Shown piece after piece: positions 1-10,327 of a stretch of DNA of 64,000 bases (within the stretch, counting starts at the first letter, position 1; each line of letters opens with the position of its first letter). The notes under the pieces were generated by a model. That model was given only the letters and a program-made list of their open reading frames with translations. It was not told the origin of the DNA and did not search any database. Where the stretch lies: the NCBI GenBank assembly GCA_043228905.1, contig JBHGNT010000017.1, positions 8,246,001-8,310,000 on the forward strand. The letters run 5' to 3'. Made by a program: the position numbers and the translations under genes. Source of the DNA: Azolla caroliniana (Eukaryota; Plantae; Polypodiophyta).

Positions 1-80
1 GGGTGGGGGGTGGTGCCTAGAATGGCTCCACCCACCTCCCAAGGGGGTTCAACGTTAAGGGGAGAGAGAGGAAAAGAGAT

Positions 81-83
<3 letters not shown>

Positions 84-138
<55 letters not shown>
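84..138. repeat. (GA)n microsatellite
   Basis: Uninterrupted GA run; produces the spurious ERERER ORF at 10..213. Confidence 0.95.
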
Positions 139-142
<4 letters not shown>

Positions 143-429
143 TTATTCCTCTTTCATTCATTCCCTATAAGGGGTTAAATAGTATAAGAGGGGGTAGATA
201 CATACGGGTGTAAGCCCCCTCGAGCATTCATACTGGACACTCACTCACACCTCCTCGTATCCATCCACATGCACACACGTGTGCATGTGTTCACATACGT
301 ATAGACTCACGACTACATTTATGCCCCCTACACATACACAACAACATCATGATAACATTCGACCCTCACTCATCACACTTGACTCTCCGTACATCTCTTA
401 CGAGGTAACATAAGTGACAACAACAAATA

Positions 430-918
430 ACAAGATCAAGATTCACACCAACTTATGCATCAGTAATGGCGCAATCATCCCCAAGGCAAACATATAGCCT
501 TGCTCCAACTCCAAGGCAAACATGTAGTCCAGTCCCAATGGATAGTCCTACACCCATGGAGATCAATATGACTCAATGACGAGGACCGTTGTCGGACGAA
601 GAGAAGCAACGACGCCGAGCAAACCGTCTGTGCTTATATTGCGGAGGTCCAGGACATATAGCCATTCATTGCTCCCGTAGGCCGAGACATCAGGTAAATC
701 AAATTCACTATGACAATAAAAATGAGTCCAACATTTTAGACGCAGTTAGTGAATTTAATATTATGAATAATCCACCCTTGTCCAATAAGTTTGAAGTCCT
801 AAACCAATTAGAAGAGGAGTCAAACGAATAAGTCCGGCCAAAATAGGAGCCATTTGGTTGGACAACCCGAGATATGTACAAGCTAGTGTGGGTTCCATTT
901 CTTCCAAGCATGTTAGTA
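430..918 (+). pseudogene. Ty3/gypsy gag C-terminus and start of pol, remnant
   Basis: PMEI..RGPLSDEEKQRRRANRLCLYCGGPGHIAIHC (CCHC knuckle in a context typical of chromovirus/sushi-type gag). The -1 frame is open from 822 until a copia LTR interrupts it at 919. Confidence 0.75.
819..863 (+). promoter_or_regulatory. Putative -1 ribosomal frameshift signal (G_TCA_AAC, 6-nt spacer, 11-bp stem-loop)
   Basis: Heptamer 819-825 just before the gag stop; GTCCGGCCAAA (832-842) pairs with TTTGGTTGGAC (853-863) with two G-U pairs. Confidence 0.5.
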
Positions 919-1093
919 TGTTGGGAAGTCGGTCCCTCCGGTGTGTGTAATGGAGAGTAAACATCCTATGTACTCTCTATTGTTCATGTGTGTACGTGCG
1001 TTCACCCTCTACTTCCCATTACTATGTTTGATTCTCATTGAAGTGATTCAAGACTCGGTTGTGACCGAGCAATATTCCGCACTATTTCCTTCA
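919..1093 (+). repeat. 5' LTR of copia A (internally deleted)
   Basis: TG...CA ends match the LTRs at 23884 and 53132-53647; about 340 bp of the middle is missing relative to the 516-bp copy. Confidence 0.85.
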
Positions 1094-1096
1094 ATC

Positions 1097-1108
1097 TAGT
1101 ATCAGAGC
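1097..1108 (+). promoter_or_regulatory. Primer-binding site (tRNA-iMet), one mismatch
   Basis: TAGTATCAGAGC versus canonical TGGTATCAGAGC, just after the LTR. Confidence 0.8.
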
Positions 1109-1122
1109 GAACAACACAGGAA

Positions 1123-2304
1123 ATGGAAGAATCGTTCGGCGGCATGTTCAAGCTCACTGGCTCCAACTACTCAGTGTGGAAGTCGAAGATGAGGGATATG
1201 CTAGTGGTTAAAGATCTTTGGTTCCCGGTTCAGTTCGGAGACAAGAGACTGGATAAGATCGACGCCACAGTGTGGGAGGTGATGCACATGAAGACGACGG
1301 CATACATCCGGTGCTTCATCGACATGAGCCTATACAACAATTTCAATGACGAGAGCAAGGTTCATGAACTCTGGGAGAAGATCGGCATCATGTTCCAGAA
1401 CAAGAATGCTATTAATCGGGTTTCGGTATTCCGGAAGTTAGTGAGGCTTCGGTACCAAGATGGCTCCAATATGGCGGAGCACATGTATGCCTTCCAGGGG
1501 CTAATACATCAAGCTACCTCGTTGGAAGTACCTCTCACGGATGAGGTACTTGCATTGCTCTTGCTCGGTTCCCTCCCGGATAGTTGGGAGACGTTAGTTG
1601 TCACGTTGGGCAACGCCGGGCCGGAAGGAAAGCAGTTGTCCCTAGCAAGGGTAAAATCAAGCTTCCTAGATGAAGAAGCTCACCTAAACGACCGGGAGTT
1701 CGGAACCGATCCAAAGGCCTTGGTTATAGAAGATGACCACAACCAGAGAAGAGGCTGGTATCGGAGTCCCCAAAACTGGGACAAATCAGGGATGAGGTCG
1801 AAGTCAAGGGGGAGGCCTACTTGCTTCTAATGTGGGAAGCCGGGGCACTTCCAGAAAAACTGTCGGCATTTCCGGAAAGAGAAAGGAACCGACAGTGCCG
1901 ATTCGAAGAAGGGTTTGGACCAAAAAGGCTCGAATTGGAAGGGAATGTCGGCAATCACGACAAGTGAAGAAGAACTGATGCTCATTATCGAGGAGGATGC
2001 GTTAAACCTTGGAGGCGATGAGACAACATGGGTTGTCGATTCCGGAGCATCGTTCCATCTTACACCAGACCGGAGATGCTTCTCATCCTACACAACCGGA
2101 GATCATGGTTGTGTCCGGATGGGAAATGAAGGTACATGCCAAATTATCGGCATCAACTGGATGCAAGTTGTTGCTGAAGGAACCTAACACGTTCCGGAGG
2201 TTCGACTGAACCTGATATCAACCGGTCGGCTAGATGATGAAGGCTACATGGGTAGCATCCAGAACGGAGTCATGAAATTCAGCAAAAGAAGACTGATTGT
2301 GGCT
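1123..2304 (+). pseudogene. Copia A gag-protease (stops and frameshifts)
   Basis: KLTGSNYSVWKSKM, LLLLGSLPDSWETLV, knuckle CF*CGKPGHFQKNC, protease WVVDSGASFH. Confidence 0.9.
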
Positions 2305-2753
2305 TGTTACCCGACCGACAAAGGACTTAAAGACCAGAATGTGAAAGGGATTGTTATTCGGAATCTATTTTAATTAAGTAGAATAGATTATAATTGAGTA
2401 GTGAATGGACGGACCAAAATCGGTATGCCGATCCGGATCCGAACCGGTTCCGAACAGGTGCCGATTGGCACCGTTTTGTACGTAGCACCGATGACCTATA
2501 TAAAGGCCCGGTTACAATGTAAAACTTTAACGGAGAATTAATATAAGCTTCTTGTTTTATCTTCACGTATTGATTACTATTCTGTATTAATGGTTATATC
2601 TTACGTGTGTATTAAGTGAATGTCATATTGCTAAGTAGCCAATTAAGTCGGATTAATCGTTGTGTCTTAAGTTATCTCGTCGTAACACCCCTTTGGTGAA
2701 GTGTCCTCCGTAGACACCTGTGTTAGGCCATTGTCCGACCCTAAGGATTAACA
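2305..2753 (+). repeat. Gypsy 5' LTR
   Basis: TGTTACCCG...TTAACA; CCTATATAAAG TATA-like box near 2495; first ~210 bp repeated at 5535-5745. Confidence 0.9.
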
Positions 2754-2760
2754 CAGTTTT

Positions 2761-2770
2761 TGGCGACCAC
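2761..2770 (+). promoter_or_regulatory. PBS, probably tRNA-Arg(TCG)
   Basis: TGGCGACCAC, 7 nt after the LTR; complementary to the recalled plant tRNA-Arg(TCG) 3' end (...GTGGTCGCCA). Confidence 0.7.
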
Positions 2771-2808
2771 GATTCCTGCACAATCGCAACAAACATCGGC
2801 GGGAATGG

Positions 2809-5451
2809 ATGACTAGACCAACGAACGACTCGGTTACGGAGTGAGCAAGGAGACTTGCTGAACAGCTGAGGAAGCGAGAGGCTTTCCAGCAAGCGGCAGA
2901 AGAAATCAGAGCGGATCGCTAATTTTCCAAAGTGATCCGGAAAGTGGCCAAGGAGTCACTTCGTTTACAACAAAACGACTACCCGGACGAAGGAAGCAAC
3001 CTAAGTAGCCTCCGAGAAGTGGAATCCCTTCTCCAGGTATTGGCAGCAGGCGAAGGCGAATCCGAAGCATTTTCGGCATTTGAATCGGGTTCAGACGAGA
3101 AATACAGCGCGAACACAAGAACACAAGATCCCAACAACATCCCCATGTTTGAAACATTAAAGACAAAAATTTTGCATTTCTTCCATAAGGAGATGGTCCA
3201 ACGGGAAATGGTAGGGTTATTTTACAGTATCCGGCAGGAACCAACGGAGAACATTCAACAGTTTGTCCTCCGGTTCCAGCAGATCCACAGTCAGCTCAGC
3301 CGAACACCACCGAAGGAAAAAACAAAGGCCATACTCTTAGGAGCACTCCGGTAACCCTTACGGACAGTGTGCACCGTCATTGATTTCCGCACCAGCAGCA
3401 TAGATCAAGTGATCGACCGAGTTCGGGAAATGGAAAACTCAAGTTCATGGCTAACCATGGGCACACTTCAGCGTCCACTACCGACAGATGAGGACCTCCG
3501 TTTTTGGCAAGCAATTCAATGTACGACATGCCTGAATGCCGGACATTCGATGCTGGAATGCACCATGCATTCCCAATGCTTGCTCTGCCACTCCAGAAGT
3601 CACACAATGGAACGGTGTGAGTATAACTTGTTAAATCGGCAAGCACCACCGATCCGGCAAATTGAACCACGAAGCAACCGGGATGAAGAAGAAGAACGTT
3701 GGCGGCAAGAGGAGTGCTACCAGCCGGCACAAGATGTCTGGTACAGCGATCGAAGAGACGCTTATGACCAGTATGACAGACAGGATAGATACCAGGACTA
3801 TAATGGATAGTACGAGAGATACAACCGGGATCACTCCCCTGGTTACAACCAACGACGGGACGACTATGGCAAGTATGACGACCAGCACCGTCAAGGTTAT
3901 CGAAACAAAAAGAATTTCAACAAGAAACATCATTTCAACAAAAACGGGGGTCATCCACGGGAACCGGAAAAGGGCGCTCCAAGCAGCCAACTGGACCAAA
4001 ACGAAGCACTTACCATTGGACCATCGATCCAAGCACCGGTGACTCCAGTAGATGTACAGAATAAAGAAACATCGGCACCTATACATAACAATAAGACCTC
4101 GGAGACGGAACCAGTCCCAGAGATAGTGGCGGCGCAAGCAAGAGAGCTTGCTGAATTGAGGGATGAACTGGCCGCACAAGAAGCATTATGCACCCGAGAG
4201 AGGAACTTGAAGAAAGCGGCAGAAGAAGAGAAAAGAAAGACTATTGAGAAGCTTCGTCGAGCAGAAGAGAATCTGCGGAAAGGACATCAGGCATATGACC
4301 AGCTGAAGGAGGAGAAAGAGAAGGCGTTGCAAGAAAAGGAGAAGCTGCGATGGATGGCAGAAACAGAGATCGAAAGACTTAAAGAAGAACTCCGTCAACA
4401 AAAGGATCAGGAAAACCGCGCTCGTCGGCAACTCAACCAAAAGCTTAAGCAGAAGACCGATGATTTTGAGCACCTACACCGGGACTACAAGCACTTGGAT
4501 ACGGAGCATAAGAAACAATAGGAGAAGATGGCAGAACTCCGACAGGAGGTGCATCGAGCTGAGACGGCGCTAGCAGAGGAACGGGCTGAAAGAACCACGT
4601 TGTTGGAGGAAGCCGCGCAAGAACGTATGGAGCTCCATAAGCAGCATTATGAAGAGAAGGAAAGAGCAACAATGGTATTGCAGAGGTTGCAGAACACCTA
4701 TGAAAACCAATTGTCACATTACCGGGAGCAGGAGGTGGATACGGTGGCACTGATCAAGCAATTGAAGGACGAACGGCAAGCCGCGGAGGACAAATCGAAG
4801 ATGGGATTGGAGCGGATCCAGTTCATTGTCCATGCATGGAGGAACAAGACCAAACGCTTGATTGACGAAAGCTCTGTGCAATGGTGGGACAAATGGACAA
4901 AGCACACAACCGAGCTCCAGTTGCTAAGGGCAGACGTGGAAAACTGGCAGAAGGATGGCGACGATTGCTACATGCTAACAAAAGAGGACTTCACCGCCAT
5001 GAGAGATGAGTTAGCAGAAGATTTTGTAACTCTGGCGGAGGAACAGTCAGCAATGGTCCGACAATTGGTAGCCTAGCTAGACGATGATCGACTGGATGAT
5101 CAAATCCAGTTTGAAAGCTATGAGCGGACCAGGATACGAAGAGAAGAAACAAAGCAGGCCGCGACCGTCAACCTTAGCGTTGAGGAGCCATCACCGGAGC
5201 AAGGATCGGACGGAGACAAGGCCGGGGCGAGTCAACCGGAGTCAAATCCGGCAGAGCAGCTAATGGAGGAATCACCGCCACAACCGTCGGTACCGGGAGC
5301 CGAACAAATGCCATCAAAGTAGCAATAGTCGGAGGAGCCGGAGCCACAACAACAACAACAACCACAACAACACCCACAACAACCACAACAGCAACAACAG
5401 TCGTAGCAACAACAACAGAGTTCCGAACAACCATTGGATACCCTGGAGTAG
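2809..5451 (+). pseudogene. Fused gag / extra-ORF reading frame with point stops
   Basis: ORFs 2932, 3367, 4039 and 4528 are all in one frame. Gag knuckles (CTTCLNAGH...CLLCHSRSH) are joined to the coiled-coil half of the extra ORF. Confidence 0.75.
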
Positions 5452-5487
5452 AGTATTCTGGATATCTTGGACGAAGGCGAAGGGCCG

Positions 5488-5532
5488 GATAGTGGGATTC
5501 GACGTACAAGGTACTGTCCCACGGGCGTGCCA
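5488..5532 (+). promoter_or_regulatory. tRNA-Arg 3'-end-like motif (antisense PBS) in place of a PPT
   Basis: GATAGTGGGATTCGA-N13-GTCCCACGGGCGTGCCA, then TG, then the LTR at 5535. Confidence 0.7.
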
Positions 5533-5745
5533 TGTGTTACCCGGCCGGCAAAGGAGTTAAAAACCAGAATGTGAAAGGGATTGTTATTTGAAATCTATTT
5601 TAATTAAGTAGAATAGATTATAATTAAGTAGTGAACGGATGGACCGGAATCAGTATGCCGATCCGGATCCGGACCGGTTCCGAATAGGTGCCGGTTGGCA
5701 CCGTTTTGTACGCAGCATCGGTGACCTATATAAAGGCCCGGTTAC

Positions 5746-8116
5746 TGCCACCTCTTGTAATGGAAGTTGCTCCCCCCGCTCAAAACCTGTCTTTGGCAAA
5801 ACAACATCATTACTAGCATCCTCTACAATCAACGGCTCACCAACATCCTCATGTTGCTCCTCTTGTTGTGAGGCACTCTCTTGTGTATCATCATCCATCA
5901 TAGGAATTGGATAAATATCTACTAGGTCACCATCTGAAGAGGTACTTGACCTTTCCGCCTTGTCAATGTCCTCAATGGTTTGGTCTTCGATGAACACTAC
6001 ATCACGACTCCTAATAAGCTTCTTTCCCACATGATTGTAACACCAATAACCAAAATCATCTTGACCATATCCAATAAAAATGCATTGTTTAGATTTAGCA
6101 TCTAACTTCGATCTTTCATCCTTGGGTATATGTACAAAACACTTACACCCAAACACACGTAAGTAATCATAAGAGACATCTTTACCATACCACACTCTAT
6201 TTGGTACGTCACCTTGCAATGTGGTAGTAGGAGATAGATTAATGATATGTGCAACAGTATTCAAAGCCTCACCCCAAAATGATTTAGGTAACCTTGCATC
6301 TGAGAGTAAGCACCCAACTCTCTCAACTAGGGTTCTATTCATTCTTTCGGCCAAACCATTTAATTGGGGAGTCTTAGGAGGGGTTCTTTGATGTTTGATA
6401 CCTTGGTCTCGACAATACACATCAAAAGATCCACAGTATTCGCCAGCATTATCGCTGCGAATACATTTCAGTTTCTTCCCTGTCTCTCTCTCAACAGAAA
6501 CGTGAAACTCTTTAAAAACATTAAAAACTTGATCTTTTGATTTCAACATTCGAACCCAAAGCTTCCTAGAATGATCATCAATGAAAGTAACAAAATAAAG
6601 TGCTCCACCCATTGACCTTACCTTCAAGGGTCCACACACATCAGAATGCACTAGCTTGAGTATACCTTTTTGTCGAAGAGAAGAATGCTTAAAGGAAACC
6701 CTCTTAGCCTTCCCTGCCAAACAATGATCACATGTATCTAACTTCACATCTTTTAAACCTGGTAGGACGTTCGTTTTTGCTAGAAAGTCAAGTCCCTTTT
6801 CACTAATATGGGACAATCTCTTATGCCACAATTTTGAAACATCTTGATTTTCAACTGCATTGACAAAGTTAGTAGAGACAGAAGCTTGCAAAAGATATAA
6901 ACCATTGTGACAACATTTATTTGCTTTCGCAACAATCAAAGAACCCTTACAGATTTTCCACTTACCATTTTGAGACGCATGGTTATAGCCCTCGTCGTCT
7001 AATGTACCGGTGGAGATTAGATCCAATCTAATATCGGGCATGTGTCGTACTTGATGTACAATCAACTTGAATCCTGTGTTGGTTTGCAAGCAAATGGTTC
7101 TTGTGTCGACTACCTTTGCAAATCCATCATTCCCCATCTTCACAACACCATAGTCACCTGGAGTGTGAGATGAGAAAAAATCCCTTCTAGATGTAACATG
7201 GTGGGAGGCACCACTATCAAGAACCCAAGTGGTTTCATGGCTACTTATGTTAACTTCATTGTAACTTGTACATACAACAAGTAAATCATTAGAGGAAGCA
7301 ACATTAACAGAATTGATATTGTCATTCACATTTTTCTTATCTTTCATGTAGTTCGACACTTTATTTTCCTTCTTCCATTTGAAACAATATTTCTTTATGT
7401 GACCTATCTTACCACAAAAATGACAAACTAAATCTTTATATTTAGACTTTGACTTACTTCTACTTCTACCTTTGTTGTTTCGGTCATCACTCTTCTTTTG
7501 GTTTCTTCCTCTATTTTCAGCAACGAAGGCTTCCATGTTTGATGTTGCTCCTTGCGTCCTTCGCCGCATTTCTTCATTTAGAATTCCACTCTTCACAAGT
7601 TCCATTGTCATACCTCCCTTAGGAGCCGCACTAGCTAGAGTAACCCTAAATGTTTCCCATGACTCGGGAAGAGTATTTAGCAACCATAAAGAAAGAACTT
7701 CTTTCAAAGTTTATACCCATGCTAGACAATTGATCAAAACATCCTTGAAATTCATTTAAATGATCTAAAACCGACTTATTTTCTTTATAAGTCAAATGCA
7801 TCGCTTGTTTGAGTAAAAACAACTTATTATTACCGATTCTAGAAGCATATAAGGTTTCTAATTTATTCCACAAAGTCTTTGCATTTGTTTCATTCACAAC
7901 ATGATTCAAGACATTATCTCCTACCCATTGACGAATGAAACCACATACTTGTTCATTTTCAAAATCCCATTCCTCATCATTTTTCTTTTCGGGTTTGATC
8001 TTTGCGAATATCGGTAAATGCATATTTTTAACGAAAACCAAATATTTCATTTTTCCTTTCCATTTTTGATAGTTTGTGCCATTTAAAACAACCATTGTTG
8101 ATGTGTTTGCCTCCAT
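5746..8116 (-). pseudogene. Copia B gag-protease-integrase (frameshift near 7700)
   Basis: LNGTNYQKWK, CHFCGKIGHIKKYC, WVLDSGASHH, LWHKRLSH, HSDVCGP, RSDNAGEY, QLNGLAERMNRTL. Confidence 0.92.
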
Positions 8117-8590
8117 TTATAATCGAGCAAAAAAAAACACAACCTCCGCTCTGATACCACTTGATGAGGTATAGACACGTAAGAGTGTAACATGCGTCAC
8201 GTTTTATGCTCGATTATAATGAAAAAGAAACACAAGAAACACACACAATGACACAACAAAGATTACACAAGATTTAACGTGGAAAAACCCTCAATGAGGG
8301 AAACAACCACGGGACAAAAGTCCAAAACCAATCCAGTATCACCAAAGAGATACAACACAAGTACAAATTCTACTTCTAGATATACTAGAAATAAGTAGAG
8401 ATATGTAGCATAGTACTACCGACAAAGATGGTACAATAATCCAAAGGGATAAGATTATCTCTCAAGCATATAAGAGAAAAGAAGAGAGAAGAAAACCCAG
8501 ATAAGAACGTCCACAAGTTGAAGTAGTAGCCGTGTAGATCTCACGTTGAGTAGTGGAGATGGAAAGGAGATTGGGAGTAGATGAGTTGAG

Positions 8591-8633
8591 CACCAAGCTT
8601 CACCAAGCTTCACCAAGCTTCACTATGCTTCAC
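8591..8633. repeat. 10-bp tandem repeat (CACCAAGCTT) x~4 in copia B LTR
   Basis: Seen directly. Confidence 0.85.
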
Positions 8634-8945
8634 ACTCATCATACTTTGTTCTCACCTCTTCCCATATATATATCTCTCCTTTCCACCCTCTCTTCGGTTT
8701 GTCTCTCTCAAAAACAAAAACGGTCGTTTTGTTTTGTTTTCCTCTTTATTATTATTATTTTTTCTTTTCTTTTCTTTCTTTACTCACTAAAAAACGTAAC
8801 TTACATTTACCCTTTTAAAGAAATAAAGTAAGGGTAATAATTACTAAAGAAACAAAACTTTCGTTTTGTTTTATATTACTATCTAATAATAATAATAAAT
8901 ATTATTAAAAAGGAAAAGACAAAATAGTGACCAGATACATTAACA

Positions 8946-9184
8946 TATGCCTCCGATTCGGCTCCGGTAAACCCCTCATGGAAGGCTTCACCGATTTGAA
9001 TATGTCGGCTGATGCGAATACCAGCCGATCTACATCCGGATATGTCATGACTTATGCAAGGGGAGTTGTTTCGTGGCAATCGAGGCTGGAGAAGATGGTT
9101 GCGTTGTCAACCACGGAGGCGGAGTACATGGTAGTTGTGGAAGCCAGCAAGGAGATAATCTGGATGAAGGACTTCATTGGAGAG
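8946..9184 (+). pseudogene. Copia A RNase H, N-terminal part
   Basis: RSTSGYVMTY...VSWQSRL...VALSTTEAEY; continues after the hAT at 23596. Confidence 0.85.
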
Positions 9185-9751
9185 CATAGTTCTAGCCATA
9201 CATCTCAAACGTTGTCGTGAAGGATTTGCTTCACGTTATAAAAATAAACTTCAATATTGTATGAAGTAACATTTGAGAGACTTGAACCCATAACCTCACA
9301 CACCAAGGACAAAACATATACCATTAGGACAAATTATTTTCTATAGTTATGTTTTTATCATCATACTTATGACATGTGTATCGAGATGAGCATGATGGTT
9401 ATCATGCATCACATTAAAGCATGTGCGCCAAATGGCGATCATGCATCACATCCATTATATGCATGTCATGCACCCCCATATCATCATATGCATGAGCAAA
9501 CCCATAAAGAGACGCAAGGAATTAAGGGATGAATCAAGGGGAAAACAGGGTAATCAAGAAGAGAAAGTAAGAAATCAAATAATATAATCAAGCAAAGAAG
9601 CTAGCGCATTTGGGGAAGTGTCTTGTCTCTCGGAGGTGAAGTCGAGGGTTCAAATCAAGGGTCGGTAGAGAATGTGTTCAGTTTGCGATCAAGGATTATA
9701 AAGTTGGTAAAATATTGTCTTTTTAATATACATCATGTTTATATCAAATAC

Positions 9752-9843
9752 TCTTGCTTCTTGAATCATACTTTCTCTCAATCTTCCTTCTTAAATCATA
9801 CTTTGTCTCTATCTTGCTTCTTGAATCATATATTGTCTCTATT
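9752..9843. repeat. 30-bp tandem repeat x3
   Basis: TCTTGCTTCTTGAATCATACTTT...-type units. Confidence 0.7.
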
Positions 9844-10327
9844 TTCTATCTATTCTCATCTCTCTCTCACACACACACATTACTCGTAACTCTTCTTCTT
9901 GCTATTCTTAACCTTTTTAACATCACCATACAAGCCTTATTAAAATTTAAATTCCTTCAACTCCCCTTAACCTTCGTCCTTGCGACTTCGTCGCACAAAC
10001 CACAACTACCCCGACAACGTGTCATACTCATACGTGAATATTCGTATCATACTCATAAGTGAAATGGCTCCAAGTATGATTGGAATCCATTCATCTATAT
10101 TTATTTTTATTTTTATTTTTATTACTCTAAATTTTATTTTTTAATATGAAAAATAAAAAATAAACAAGATTTTTATAGACAAAAATCAAGACCATAAATT
10201 CATTGAAAACTAACAAAGTAGCATCCAAAGTTCTAAACATGAACTAAAATTTATCCAAAGTTCAAACATGAACATTAACCTAGAAAGTAGCTCTAAATTC
10301 ATAGTACTAATACTTAATCTCATCTCT

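Larger units (their letters stand above)
2305..5745 (+). mobile_element. Pol-less derivative of the non-chromovirus gypsy family; 3' LTR truncated
   Basis: LTR 2305-2753, PBS TGGCGACCAC 2761-2770, gag and extra-ORF parts, second LTR from 5535 cut at 5745; homologous to the element at 13497-23450. Confidence 0.9.
5746..8945 (-). mobile_element. Ty1/copia element B (Tnt1-like), 3'-truncated
   Basis: LTR about 8162-8945, PBS TGGTATCAGAGC at 8148-8159 (minus), gag-protease-integrase; RT and 3' LTR lost at the 5745/5746 junction. Confidence 0.9.

Noticed and set aside
10-213. 67-aa ORF with an ER repeat
   Set aside because: Translation of a (GA)n microsatellite.
5650-5745. C-terminal extension of the 685-aa copia ORF
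   Set aside because: Read-through across a deletion junction into the antisense gypsy LTR; not a real domain.
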